A stretch of 64,000 bases of DNA from a virus: IMG/VR virus record IMGVR_UViG_3300010430_000017, positions 18,545-82,544 of that record. One strand, 5' to 3'. The position numbers were made by a program, and so were the translations under genes. Of this stretch, positions 50,169-60,638 are shown in pieces (the stretch's first letter is position 1; each line of letters begins with the position of its first letter). Below the pieces are notes generated by a model, which had not been told where the DNA came from, made no database searches, and worked only from the letters and a program-made list of their open reading frames with translations.

Positions 50169-50398
50169 AAAGATTTTCCTGTCTCTCTTTCATTTAATAC
50201 CTTATTATATAAGAGAGCGGGGAAAGTGAACGAAGGAGGAGGTCGTTACGATTCGATCTAAGATCTATCCCCACCAGAAAAATCTTTTGTTAGGATGGTG
50301 GGAATTTTTGGTATTTCTGATAGAGCTTTAAGGGCCTTGTGCAGAAGTGAGTATGAATATATCAAAGAATATAAGTCTTTCAGGATAGTGAGGTGAAT

Positions 50399-51919
50399 AT
50401 GTCATTAGGTCCTTGTTCGGAACGACAAGCACAAATTTTAAAGAATAATTCTGACGTGCTTCTAATGGGTGGTGGAGCCGGATCTGGCAAGAGTTATCTA
50501 CTACACCTTATAGCAGCTAATTATTTGGACTGACCTAACTACCGGGCAACTTTCATTCGTAGAACTACTCCTCAGTTAATGAAGCCTGGTAACTTGTGGG
50601 ACACAGGTAAAAAAGTATTTAGTCAGCTTGGTATGCATAATGGTGTAAACTACAATCCAAAATGGAAACAAGGTGATCAAAAGTTAGTTGTGTGGGGGCA
50701 TGGACCGGTAATAGAATACTCACATTGTCAACATATAAAGGATCTCGACAACTATCAAGGTTCACAGATGACAACTTTTTTGGTAGATGAGGGGACCCAG
50801 CTTGAATGGGAAATGATCTCATATTTGTTTTCAAGAATGAGATCAGACTCTAAGTATAAATCAAGAATGGTCATAAGTTGTAACCCGTCATACGATCACA
50901 TGCTCAGAAAAATGGTGGACTTTTATGTAGATGACGAGGGGTTTCCTATAGAAGATAAGTTAGGTATTGAAAGGTATTTCTATGTAATAAATGATGTCCC
51001 GGTTTTTGGTGACACATCAGAGGAACTTATAGAAAGATATCCTCTAATGGCTGAAGGGTTGGATGGGGACATTATCCCTCCAATGAGCTTTTCATTTATT
51101 GCCTCAAACGTATATCAAAACCCTATTTTATTGAAAAACAACCCTCGCTACCTAAGTGCATTGAAAGGTCTTGGTGAACTTGAAAGAAAAGTACTTCTTG
51201 ATGGATGCTGGAATGTCAAACCGGAAAGTGCTTCCTATTTCAAAAGAGAATGGTTACAGAAATGGGATAAGATCCCTCTTGGTAGTAAGTTCCGTGGATG
51301 GGACAAGGCGAATACCCCTGTTTCAAAAGACTCTGCTAATAAATATCCCGACTTTACTGCATGTACCGGGATGGTTAAGACAGCAGAAGGTGATATAGTG
51401 ATTATAGGGGACCATCATGAAGATAACAAAGATAAAGATGATGGGGTGTACGGTAGGTTTAGAGAGCTTCCAGGAAGAAGGAATCAGATTATGTTAAGAC
51501 AGGCACAATGGGACGGACCTGATTGTACCGTGGTCTTAGCGCAAGATCCGAACGGTAAGTTCGAGTTTGAGGAAAGTGTTAAATTTTTTAATAGTCACGG
51601 GTTCATAGTTAAAAAAGATCCAGCAATTGTATCCTCAAGTAAATTAACTAAATATAGTGCATTTAGTTCTGCTTGTGAAAACGGTACTGTGGGGATTGTA
51701 GAAAGTTCTTTCCACCCAGACACTCTTGAAGATTTTTATAAATGTCATGAAAGATTCACAGGTTTACGGAGTAGTCGTACTTACAAAGACGATATTCCTG
51801 ATAGCACAGCATCAACCTTTGCTGTAGCATCCCAATCACAACACATCCCAATAGTTTGTCGTAACCAGATACAATCAGATACAATATCAAGAAACATTAT
51901 AGAAAAGAGAAATCAATAA
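50399..51919 (+). CDS. terL: terminase large subunit with in-frame TGA at 50531-50533
   Basis: GAGGTG RBS; MSLGPCSERQ..GGGAGSGKS (Walker A)..NYLD*PNYRATFIRRT, in frame with the 50579 ORF, which holds Walker B LVDEGTQ, SCNP and nuclease motifs GWDKA and DDIPD. Confidence 0.9.
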
Positions 51920-51933
51920 TCAAGGGGGCAGTA

Positions 51934-52320
51934 TTGTTTAAAATATTTGAAGGTACTCAAGAGAGTACAAACGAGAATTATAAAACCATCAATTTTAAAT
52001 CTCTGAAGATGAAAGATGTCACAAAACTTTGTAAGATTCTCAACAAGCTTTACGAGGAAGGCTACAAAATTAAGGAAGAATTCTCACCAAGAGAATGTCC
52101 GAAAATTCCTCAACTGTTGAATCTCAAGTTCATTAAAGAAACCAAAACTCCAGAGAAGGAAATTTCTGTGGAGAAAGAAATTAAGACACTTAATTTCGAG
52201 GATCTTAAGACATTAGATGAAATGAAATCTTTCGCTGCATCAAATAATATAGAAATTCCAGAGGACATTACTCACTGGAGACAGGTAAAAAAATTCATCA
52301 AAGAGAATCTTTCTGAATAA
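51934..52320 (+). CDS. hypothetical protein with HeH/Rho-N-like C-terminus
   Basis: LDEMKSFA..NNIEI.....V.KFI. Confidence 0.5.
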   Translation: MFKIFEGTQESTNENYKTINFKSLKMKDVTKLCKILNKLYEEGYKIKEEFSPRECPKIPQLLNLKFIKETKTPEKEISVEKEIKTLNFEDLKTLDEMKSFAASNNIEIPEDITHWRQVKKFIKENLSE

Positions 52321-52342
52321 TTAAACTTGAGGAACACTACGA

Positions 52343-54016
52343 ATGACTTCATATAATAAAGAACTTGCGGATTCACTTAAGAAATTTGAAGAGAGGGGTG
52401 TTTCTCGGGATATTATTCTCACTGACAATGATATCCATAAATCTGAATCTTATAGGGGCGTTGCGCCATTAACTAACCTAAGAAGGGAAGTAGGGCAACC
52501 GCATGTTGTGTCATCTAATAGGTTCATCGACGATCAAAGGAAAACTGATCTCAAGATACCAACGAGGTGGTGTACATATGATAATATGTACGTAGATGAT
52601 TGCGTATATAATTCAGTTGATATCACTAATCTTTTAGTAATAACTGCCTTGTACGGAGGAAAATATGTTCCTGGACCTTCTAATAGTGAAGCAAGTAAAA
52701 TAGCCGCTGACTTCGGTAATTATAATCTCAGGAACCTCAGTTATGGTACGTATCTTGAGTTCCTACAAGACGCTGCCACTGATTTAAAAGACGGTTTTAG
52801 TATTCAGTACCCAGTGTACGAGAAAAGGAAATATGGTCCATATAAAGGCTCCTGGTGCTTAAGAAAACTATCACCGAGGGATCAGAAAAGCATTTATGGG
52901 TGGGTTTGGAATAAAGATCAAACGGAACTAATGGGTGTTGTTCAAAAGCCAAGAATAACACAATCCAGACAGTTCAAGAATGTGGGTTATAAAGACGGTC
53001 TTACTCTTTTAAGCAATGGTAAAGTTTATGAGTGCGACTATCCATACATGCCCTTGAAAGAGATCCTGCACTTTAAGTACAATAGTACTAATAATAACCC
53101 TCAAGGTGATTCCCCACTAAACCATTGTTATACTGCTTGGATGGAGAAAAGATTAATTGAGGAATATGAATGCATCGGGATTGGTAAGGATCTTGGGGGT
53201 ATCGTAGTACTGAGAGTCCCTTCTGAACTCATTTCTAAAGCTAACGACCCACAGAATTACCCGGATGCTGCTACTGAGTATCAGGCATTACAAGAAGATA
53301 CTGCTGACCTGCATGCTGGTAGAAACTCATTTATCATGCTTACCTCTGATTCATATCAAGATAGTAAGAAATACATGTACGACTTTGAACTAAAAGGTAT
53401 AGACGGCCAAGGAAAACAGTATCAGACAAGTGACATTATAGATCAGAAGAGAAAAAGCATTTATAATTGTTTTGGGACTGGCTTTCTTCTTTTGGGTCAA
53501 GACAGTGTAGGGAGTTATAATCTATCCTCAAATGCCACAAGTACTCATGGGTATTATGTAGAGAGAAATATTCTTCAGAAAATTAACGTCCTTAATAATC
53601 AATTACTACCGAGACTCCTTGGAATTAATAAAGTGTATCTTGACTACGAGGATATGCCTGTATTCCAACCTATTTCTCCTACCGAATCCAATAAAGATGA
53701 ATTAAGTAAGGTCGTTCAGAGAGTGGGTTCTGTTCTTAAACTAACACCAGAAGCCCTGACTGTTGTTTATGAGGAGATGGGTTGGCCCACTGATGGTATT
53801 GATGATCTTGATTTCACAAGTAAAGGTGAGAGCAGGTCAGGCGATGGAAAAGGCACTTCTGGAACAGGAGATTCTCAAGGAGGAGGAGGCGCTAATAGTA
53901 CTTCTAATATGGAAAACACAGATATGTCTAAGACATTGGTTTTTGAATCAGAGGATAATAACCAAATCACATTAATAAATACAGAGACTGGTGAGCCTAT
54001 CTTTATTGATAAATAA
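52343..54016 (+). CDS. portal protein
   Basis: Position after TerL; GFS...VY, L.PR.Q, NP.G.SPL..CY..W, GSY.LS...H. Confidence 0.9.
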   Translation: MTSYNKELADSLKKFEERGVSRDIILTDNDIHKSESYRGVAPLTNLRREVGQPHVVSSNRFIDDQRKTDLKIPTRWCTYDNMYVDDCVYNSVDITNLLVITALYGGKYVPGPSNSEASKIAADFGNYNLRNLSYGTYLEFLQDAATDLKDGFSIQYPVYEKRKYGPYKGSWCLRKLSPRDQKSIYGWVWNKDQTELMGVVQKPRITQSRQFKNVGYKDGLTLLSNGKVYECDYPYMPLKEILHFKYNSTNNNPQGDSPLNHCYTAWMEKRLIEEYECIGIGKDLGGIVVLRVPSELISKANDPQNYPDAATEYQALQEDTADLHAGRNSFIMLTSDSYQDSKKYMYDFELKGIDGQGKQYQTSDIIDQKRKSIYNCFGTGFLLLGQDSVGSYNLSSNATSTHGYYVERNILQKINVLNNQLLPRLLGINKVYLDYEDMPVFQPISPTESNKDELSKVVQRVGSVLKLTPEALTVVYEEMGWPTDGIDDLDFTSKGESRSGDGKGTSGTGDSQGGGGANSTSNMENTDMSKTLVFESEDNNQITLINTETGEPIFIDK

Positions 54017-54070
54017 TGAAAGAAGTTCTTGTGGGAACACTCAACTAAAAGGAAAGTAAGGAAGTCCATT

Positions 54071-54919
54071 ATGACAGAGAAGGAAGAACAGAAAACTATT
54101 ATTTCAGAAGAGGTTGTACAGAAAGCTACCTTCGAGGATATGAAAGGGCTTCTTCGTGGTGCCATCAGAGAGAAGTTCATCTTCGAGAACGGGAGTTTTT
54201 GGAATGTGGATTTCGACCCGTCGAAGGTTTATTTTGATGTGGAGTATTATGAGTACAAAGACGGGAAAGAGAGGTGGTACTCTCAAACCTATTCAGTCCC
54301 TTATTCCATTGACGGTGTTACTGTATCTTTAGGGAATAACCCAAAAAGAGTGGAGAAAGAAACGAAGTACACGGAACTTAAAGATAAAAATCCCATTTTC
54401 GAAGAAGATGGTGATATCAATAAAGAAAAAGATTCTTCTTGGGTTGAAGATATTATAGAGAGGGTTTTTAAGAAGTTCAAAAAGGAAGACCCCATAAAAG
54501 ATATCACAAAAGTACAAAACGGTGATTTTTATATTGAAAAGTTCAACGAAGAAAAAATGATCTCTTACGAACCTTTGTACACAAGTCCTGATGTAGCGGA
54601 CGCTGTTGGTGAAGGTATGACAGAAGAGGAATCCCTCAAGATGGTAAAACAGATGAAAGAGAAGATAGAAAAAGGGGTGTTGGAGTTCAATCTCTTTCAT
54701 AAAGTTAAGTCAGAATCCGCTGAGTGGGTGGATTGTTTTTCCAATCCCTGGCCTTCTTGTTTTGTTGGTGAGCAAGAAGTGCTGAAGTCTCAACCTGTCG
54801 GTGTCCTGCAATGGAAGAATAAAGAAGCCTGGGAACTAAGAAAGCAAGGAATTATTAAAGGGCCAAGTATCGAAGGAAAAGCTGGAAATAGAAGAGTTGT
54901 AGGAGAAGATGATGCCTAA
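54071..54919 (+). CDS. prohead protease (XkdF-like)
   Basis: Y..PD..D..GE, NL.H, W.L.K.G...G.SIEG. Confidence 0.75.
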   Translation: MTEKEEQKTIISEEVVQKATFEDMKGLLRGAIREKFIFENGSFWNVDFDPSKVYFDVEYYEYKDGKERWYSQTYSVPYSIDGVTVSLGNNPKRVEKETKYTELKDKNPIFEEDGDINKEKDSSWVEDIIERVFKKFKKEDPIKDITKVQNGDFYIEKFNEEKMISYEPLYTSPDVADAVGEGMTEEESLKMVKQMKEKIEKGVLEFNLFHKVKSESAEWVDCFSNPWPSCFVGEQEVLKSQPVGVLQWKNKEAWELRKQGIIKGPSIEGKAGNRRVVGEDDA

Positions 54920-55538
54920 CAAATTAGATGAGATTAAGTGCAAAGATAAAGTAAAAAAGGTAAAAACATACCTTGAAGATGTTGATATCGCAGCGGTTGC
55001 TATGACTTCCGGTGCGGGGGCTTGTAGCCAGATGAATGACCCATACATCCTTAAATCAAAAGAAAATGAGTTAACTGAAGAACAGATCGAGATACTTAAA
55101 AAAATTGGTGAGTATAGTAAGTTAGATAAAACAATCGAGGAAGAAAAGGAAGAAACTATGGATGAAGATCTGAAAAAAGAACTTGATGACCAGAAGAAAG
55201 AAACAGAAGCCCTTCAGAAGAAACTTAATGATGCTCTTAAACTTGTCGAGAAGGAGCAGGTGGAGAAAGAGACTCTGAAAGTAGAAAAGATGATCACTGA
55301 TTTTGAATTTGAAGAAGAGATGAAGACCTCTATCGCCAAGTTCATGATTAAAATTGAGGAAGAGGAGAGAGGAGATCTTATCAAAGCTTTTGCTTTCTTG
55401 AAAGAATTCACAACCAAAAAAGAAGAAACTGACACTATCGAGGACCAGGTCACTAAGGAAAAAGGATCTGATGCAATTGATGAGAATATTGAAAAATCTG
55501 TAAATGAGAAAATCACCTCTTACAGAAATTCTAAATAA
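54909..55538 (+). CDS. capsid scaffolding protein
   Basis: Glu/Lys-rich coiled coil between the protease and head genes. Confidence 0.7.
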   Translation: MMPNKLDEIKCKDKVKKVKTYLEDVDIAAVAMTSGAGACSQMNDPYILKSKENELTEEQIEILKKIGEYSKLDKTIEEEKEETMDEDLKKELDDQKKETEALQKKLNDALKLVEKEQVEKETLKVEKMITDFEFEEEMKTSIAKFMIKIEEEERGDLIKAFAFLKEFTTKKEETDTIEDQVTKEKGSDAIDENIEKSVNEKITSYRNSK

Positions 55539-55553
55539 TAGAAAGGAATAAAC

Positions 55554-56225
55554 ATGCCTGATTTAACTAATGGTACTACAAGAGACAAATATTCTGAACT
55601 TGTAAAAGGTTATAATAAATTCGAAGATCAGTTCGGTGTGAATTATAGTAAAGCAACTGTTCCTGTGGAAGGGAGTGGTGATGTAGATAATATTGGTCTG
55701 CCTCTGATGTGGAGCGAGAGTGATGCTGCTTTTATTGAATTTGCAGCTAACGCTGATTGGGTTGCTGATACGGTAACGGCTGTCGGTGACGTAGTTAAAC
55801 CAACCACACAGAATGGGTATGAGTATATTTGTACAGGTATCTCTGGTGATGCAAAAACTCACGCAACTACAGAACCTGTATGGCCCACTATCCCCGGTGT
55901 CCTTATCACAGATGATGTTGTTATTTGGCAGTGCAGAGCAGCCTACTCAGGAAATGGTATAGACTCTCCTCTTTCTGATGGCGCACATATTTGTGTCGTT
56001 ATTGGCCCCGCTGAAGGTGCTGGTTTTAATTATGAAGATACCACACTTAGTTCCACAGCAGTCAATATGACTGTTATGTTTAGAGGCCCCGCTGCCCTCG
56101 CAAAAGATGGTTTCGAATGGGGATCTACTGCAGCTGCTGACCAGGGTGAATTCTATAAACAGCTTGAGAAACAGGGGATTGCTCTTATTGAGAGTGGAAC
56201 TACTGTTGCTCCTACTTTTGTATAA
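55554..56225 (+). CDS. head decoration protein with inserted carbohydrate-binding-like module
   Basis: Directly before the MCP; insert W.A.T....GD.V.PT..NG..Y.CT....EP.WP....D..V.W.C. Confidence 0.7.
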   Translation: MPDLTNGTTRDKYSELVKGYNKFEDQFGVNYSKATVPVEGSGDVDNIGLPLMWSESDAAFIEFAANADWVADTVTAVGDVVKPTTQNGYEYICTGISGDAKTHATTEPVWPTIPGVLITDDVVIWQCRAAYSGNGIDSPLSDGAHICVVIGPAEGAGFNYEDTTLSSTAVNMTVMFRGPAALAKDGFEWGSTAAADQGEFYKQLEKQGIALIESGTTVAPTFV

Positions 56226-56242
56226 TAGAAAGGAATAAATAA

Positions 56243-57334
56243 ATGAATATTGATGTAAGCGCAGTAAATGATACTGATGTCCAGAAAGCTATGACAACCA
56301 TGCAGGGTAATCCTTGGAGCTATGTAGATGTCACAGCATCTACACAGAAAGGTCCTGTAAAACCTAAACTACTTACAGCCCTCTTGGGTGGCTATACCGA
56401 AACACTTCTTACCAAAATGTTTTATTATGACCAGATAACTAATACTGCTCAACTGCCTTCTGGTAAAAGATATGATGAGTACGGCAAAGATATGCCGAAA
56501 GACACTGCTAAAGTTAAATACTTTGAGGTTCCTTCTTTTGGTGCAAGAGCTAATGTCGCGCCTATGGATTGGTACAATAAACGTATACCTGGCTCTACTG
56601 AAATGATGAATGAGGATTATCTTACTGCTCAGATGGCTGACAAGCTTGATACTGCTTGGATGCTGCACGACGAACTTTGCTTCAGAGATCTTCTTGTATC
56701 CGATGTGAATAGAATTGATGGAGGTCCTTTTACCCAGTATAACTTCTACACTGATATTATGGGTGGTGCAAGACCAGCTAAAGTTGCTATGGAACTTGAT
56801 GACACTAATGCGGATCATATTGCGCTGTTGAGAGAGCAGAAAAAAGAACTCCAGACTACTCTTGCGGGTTATGGAGATGGCGCAACAGCTATTATTGTAA
56901 TCTGCGGTGATACTTTCTTTGAACAACGTCTTGATATTGAAAGAAATGAATCTCTTGGTAGGCCCTTGAAATCAAGTATAGATTTAGCTTCTATGGAAGT
57001 GGATACCTCTGATTGGGGTTCTTCTACTTTTAGGTACGATTGGTTCAAAGGTGACCAGGACGGACTTATTTACATTAATTATGGCGCTGAAATTGTGAGT
57101 GGTACTAAATTGATTGCTGATACAGATGCTTATATGCTCCCTGTAGGAGTAACTAATTTCATGGGGATGGCCTATGCCCCTGCTGTTGTAAAACCACATC
57201 TCGGACAGGAAGCTATGCAGAGGTATTCTTGGAGAACTGATGATAATCGTCAGGGCGTTACTCTTATTCAGGAATCAAACAAACTTGCTTTTAATAAAAA
57301 GCCTGATTTGATTAGAGCACTTAAGAATACCTAA
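56243..57334 (+). CDS. major capsid protein
   Basis: 363 aa, canonical position, lambda gpE-like C-terminus (QESN.L....PD.I); followed by a terminator. Confidence 0.85.
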   Translation: MNIDVSAVNDTDVQKAMTTMQGNPWSYVDVTASTQKGPVKPKLLTALLGGYTETLLTKMFYYDQITNTAQLPSGKRYDEYGKDMPKDTAKVKYFEVPSFGARANVAPMDWYNKRIPGSTEMMNEDYLTAQMADKLDTAWMLHDELCFRDLLVSDVNRIDGGPFTQYNFYTDIMGGARPAKVAMELDDTNADHIALLREQKKELQTTLAGYGDGATAIIVICGDTFFEQRLDIERNESLGRPLKSSIDLASMEVDTSDWGSSTFRYDWFKGDQDGLIYINYGAEIVSGTKLIADTDAYMLPVGVTNFMGMAYAPAVVKPHLGQEAMQRYSWRTDDNRQGVTLIQESNKLAFNKKPDLIRALKNT

Positions 57335-57356
57335 TGTTAGTTTAATTCCCTCTTTT

Positions 57357-57386
57357 ATGGGGGATGAAATACTCCCCCATCTCTTT
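57357..57386 (+). terminator. intrinsic terminator after MCP
   Basis: ATGGGGGA/TCCCCCAT stem followed by a T-rich tail. Confidence 0.7.
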
Positions 57387-57405
57387 ATAATGAAAAGGAA
57401 TTAAA

Positions 57406-57873
57406 ATGGCTGCAATAGATAGGGTAGAACTATTAGAGGATGTAAAATTGTACATCCGCTCAGACAATATCTTCACCGACTCACAGATCAATAAATTTAT
57501 AGACCGAGTTGTGTCCGTGGTTGGAGATGATGACCAGTATTATGAAGAAGTTTTGTGTAAAAGTCTGAGAGTCATTGCTACAAACAATAAGTCCCAAGTT
57601 ACTTCTTCTGGTAGTATTAAAAGCAGGAAGATTGATGATACACTTGAGGAGAGTTTCTATCAAGGTGATAATTCTGGAACTTGGGATGATTATCTGAACA
57701 CTCTACCTGATGTATGTACTGGTTTTGGGTACACAGGACTGAACAACCTCAGTTTGGGTTTTATCCGTGTTAATACCGGGGAAGATGAGTCCGTGGATGA
57801 TGAACCTTCTATAGATGTAAATCCCACATCAGTTAATTGTCAATCAACCTCTTCAACATTGACTTCATTATAA
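57406..57873 (+). CDS. head-tail adaptor (putative)
   Basis: Position; D.IFTD.QI..F helical N-terminus. Confidence 0.6.
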   Translation: MAAIDRVELLEDVKLYIRSDNIFTDSQINKFIDRVVSVVGDDDQYYEEVLCKSLRVIATNNKSQVTSSGSIKSRKIDDTLEESFYQGDNSGTWDDYLNTLPDVCTGFGYTGLNNLSLGFIRVNTGEDESVDDEPSIDVNPTSVNCQSTSSTLTSL

Positions 57874-57874
57874 T

Positions 57875-59461
57875 ATGACTACACAACACATAGACAACAT
57901 AGCCATAATCTGGAGAAATATACCAACAGAGTTATCTCTTTCCCCTGGTATTAGTTACACAGTGCAAAATGTCACTCCTTATCCATTAGAAATGATGATA
58001 TCGGAGAGCACCCCAAGTGAAAACGATAAAGGGCATTGCCTTTATATCAACGAACCTTGGGTAGTCAAAATTGATTCGACTTATGGCCTTTATATCCGCA
58101 ATCAGAAAGAAGATCCACTTAAACTTGGGAGAATTTCCGTAACAGAGAACTCACTGATTGCTGGGCCTTATACTAATACTTTCGGAACCTCAGTACAATA
58201 TCCTTTAGCCACTGATAGCGATAGTGCTTATGTAAAAGATATAAACCTTGAGAGATCGGATAATGGTGATTTTACTGGGTCCGTATTGGACTACTTTAAC
58301 TCCTTGACTTCCGTAAATACAAACCTGACTTCCGATAACCCAAAGAGTATAAAAATATGGTTTGAAAGGACTATATATGCTCATGATATTGGCATAGGCT
58401 GCGATGATATATCTAAAGGTTTTGGTACAGATGTAACTGTAAAACTTCTTGGCTCCGGTGAAGCAGTAAGATTCACTAAGAATTTCACATCCCTTGATCC
58501 CAATAGTGCATTACTTGAATTCGGACCCAAAGCTTTCAACGGTGTTGTCCTTGAATTCAATAATGGTTCTGAAGTGTGTTTGAGTAACATAACTATCAGA
58601 AAGGCTCAAGAAACTTCTGCCACATTACAAGGATCGACACCGGACGGAATCATCAAAAATGTTAATGTCACTGAAGATGGAGATTTAGCTATCAGTGATA
58701 ATTCTTCTGGATTGAGTATTGCCGAAGGTAAAGTAACTGGTAAGACTTTTATACATAAGTTCGGGACTGCTCTTGATTTTGATAAAGGTGATGGTGAAGT
58801 TGATGTGTGGGATGGCGCTGAAGATGGTGAACCTTATGAAGCCATGACTTATACTTTTAGCACTATTGCTGATATTGATCGGATATCTGCTGAAGATAAC
58901 GCGGATACGCAGGATATAGAGATCCAGGGATTGGATACAAACTGGGAGTTAATCACTCAGACAGTCACTCTGACTGGACAAACACCAGCAATAATCCCTG
59001 TGCCTTTAATCAGAGTTTTTAGAATGAAAAATGATAATTCTGCTGATTTAGCAGGACATGTGTTTTGCTTTGTGAACTCATCTACATCATCAGGTGTTCC
59101 AGATGACCCAACTAAACTTAGAGCAGTAATTCACCCGGATGCACAACAAACAGAAATGGCTATTTATACTATACCAGCAGGAAAGACCGGGTATATAAGA
59201 GATTGGTACGCAAGTAGTGCTGGCGGGAATAAAGATACAAATATTATTATACGATTAAAGACAAGGAATTTCGGTAAAGTTTTTAATCTTAAGCATAGAA
59301 TGTCATGGGCCGGTACAATACCATACCAGCACTTCTACACAGAACCAGAAGGCCCTTTTCCTGAGAAGACTGATATAAAAATGACAACGGAAGTAACAGC
59401 GGTTGGTGTTACTGGCGCAGCAGTTAGTGCTGGTTTTGATATTGTGTTAGTTGATGATTAA
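57875..59461 (+). CDS. multi-domain beta-rich virion-type protein
   Basis: HKFG...D....E.VWDG, I.GLD.NW....TV.L.G.T, YT.PAGKTGY. Confidence 0.6.
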   Translation: MTTQHIDNIAIIWRNIPTELSLSPGISYTVQNVTPYPLEMMISESTPSENDKGHCLYINEPWVVKIDSTYGLYIRNQKEDPLKLGRISVTENSLIAGPYTNTFGTSVQYPLATDSDSAYVKDINLERSDNGDFTGSVLDYFNSLTSVNTNLTSDNPKSIKIWFERTIYAHDIGIGCDDISKGFGTDVTVKLLGSGEAVRFTKNFTSLDPNSALLEFGPKAFNGVVLEFNNGSEVCLSNITIRKAQETSATLQGSTPDGIIKNVNVTEDGDLAISDNSSGLSIAEGKVTGKTFIHKFGTALDFDKGDGEVDVWDGAEDGEPYEAMTYTFSTIADIDRISAEDNADTQDIEIQGLDTNWELITQTVTLTGQTPAIIPVPLIRVFRMKNDNSADLAGHVFCFVNSSTSSGVPDDPTKLRAVIHPDAQQTEMAIYTIPAGKTGYIRDWYASSAGGNKDTNIIIRLKTRNFGKVFNLKHRMSWAGTIPYQHFYTEPEGPFPEKTDIKMTTEVTAVGVTGAAVSAGFDIVLVDD

Positions 59462-59469
59462 GGGGTGTC

Positions 59470-59868
59470 ATGGTTGAGAGGGTAAAGAATGCTTTAATCA
59501 AGGACAGATGGAACTGGGTGATCGCCTTTCTAATAGGCTCTGTTCATTTGAGTTTAACTTTCATGCACAACACTGTCTACAATATAGGGACTGATGTTGC
59601 TGGTATGAAAGTTAAAATGGAAGGACAAGCTAATTCTATTAGTAGTCATGTTACTTCTTGCGAAACCTACGCTAATAAAAATGATAAGAGGTTCATAGAA
59701 TTCAATAGTAAATTTTTAGCCTCGCAAGAGAAGTACGCGGACAAAACAGATAAAAGATTAATGTCAGCAGAAAATGATATAGAGATTCTTAAATTAGATG
59801 TATCCGAACAAACTTGGCATACAAATGATATTCTTAAAAAAATAGAGAAGATTAATGGCGTTCAATAA
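59470..59868 (+). CDS. single-TM coiled-coil protein (holin/antiholin-like)
   Basis: N-terminal TM helix followed by a coiled coil. Confidence 0.45.
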   Translation: MVERVKNALIKDRWNWVIAFLIGSVHLSLTFMHNTVYNIGTDVAGMKVKMEGQANSISSHVTSCETYANKNDKRFIEFNSKFLASQEKYADKTDKRLMSAENDIEILKLDVSEQTWHTNDILKKIEKINGVQ

Positions 59869-60211
59869 TCACACAAATAGTTTACTCAGTTCCTACGGAC
59901 GGACTTTTAAGCTTGGAATCCCAACAAGTGTGCCTGATCCTACTGATCCTACTTCTACATCCACAACTTACGTTACAAAAGATATATTGGGCTATGCTGG
60001 CAAGTGGAGTTCGAAGGAAATAGATAACACACTTATTATGATGGATTCTATCCGATTAGTTATAGGCCCAGAAGATCAGAATGGTGCTATTATTGAGCCT
60101 TCACTATCTGATAAAATATTAGATGGTGATATCACCTACAATATAACTTATAAAAGACCCATCTACGTCGGTGAAAGAATAGAGACATGGGTATTAGCTT
60201 TAAGTAGATAA
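59855..60211 (+). CDS. head closure protein (putative)
   Basis: L..YGR....IDNTLI..D....P...D.I.DG..Y.I. Confidence 0.6.
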   Translation: MAFNNHTNSLLSSYGRTFKLGIPTSVPDPTDPTSTSTTYVTKDILGYAGKWSSKEIDNTLIMMDSIRLVIGPEDQNGAIIEPSLSDKILDGDITYNITYKRPIYVGERIETWVLALSR

Positions 60212-60212
60212 T

Positions 60213-60638
60213 ATGAGTAACAACCTTAAGCAATTCTTAGCTGATCTTGAAAAAGAGACTGAGCAAGTAAAGACTGAGCTAAATCAGGAGATTAAAGGCA
60301 CTGCTGAAGCTGTACAAGGCTCTTTACTCTCTCCTAAAGGTCTTGGTGGTACTCCTAAACAAACAGGGAACTTAAGGGCTAATTGGATAGTTACAGTGGA
60401 CTCAATGTACTCCGGTCTGGTTGGTAGTAAAGAAAATGTGGATACATCGACAAGAGATAGTAACTGGAGTAGTTTCCTGAATCTACAAGATTTGTATAGC
60501 AAGTCCAACATCTATTGGAATAATAACGTCGAATACGGTGAAGCAGTTAACTATGGAACTCCAACTATAGCTGCTCAGAATTTTAGAGAAACTGCAATTC
60601 AAGCTGGTGAAGTATGGATCAGGGGGAATAAGAAATGA
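60213..60638 (+). CDS. tail completion protein (HK97 gp10-like)
   Basis: TP..TG.LRANW.V, NNVEY...NYG. Confidence 0.75.
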   Translation: MSNNLKQFLADLEKETEQVKTELNQEIKGTAEAVQGSLLSPKGLGGTPKQTGNLRANWIVTVDSMYSGLVGSKENVDTSTRDSNWSSFLNLQDLYSKSNIYWNNNVEYGEAVNYGTPTIAAQNFRETAIQAGEVWIRGNKK

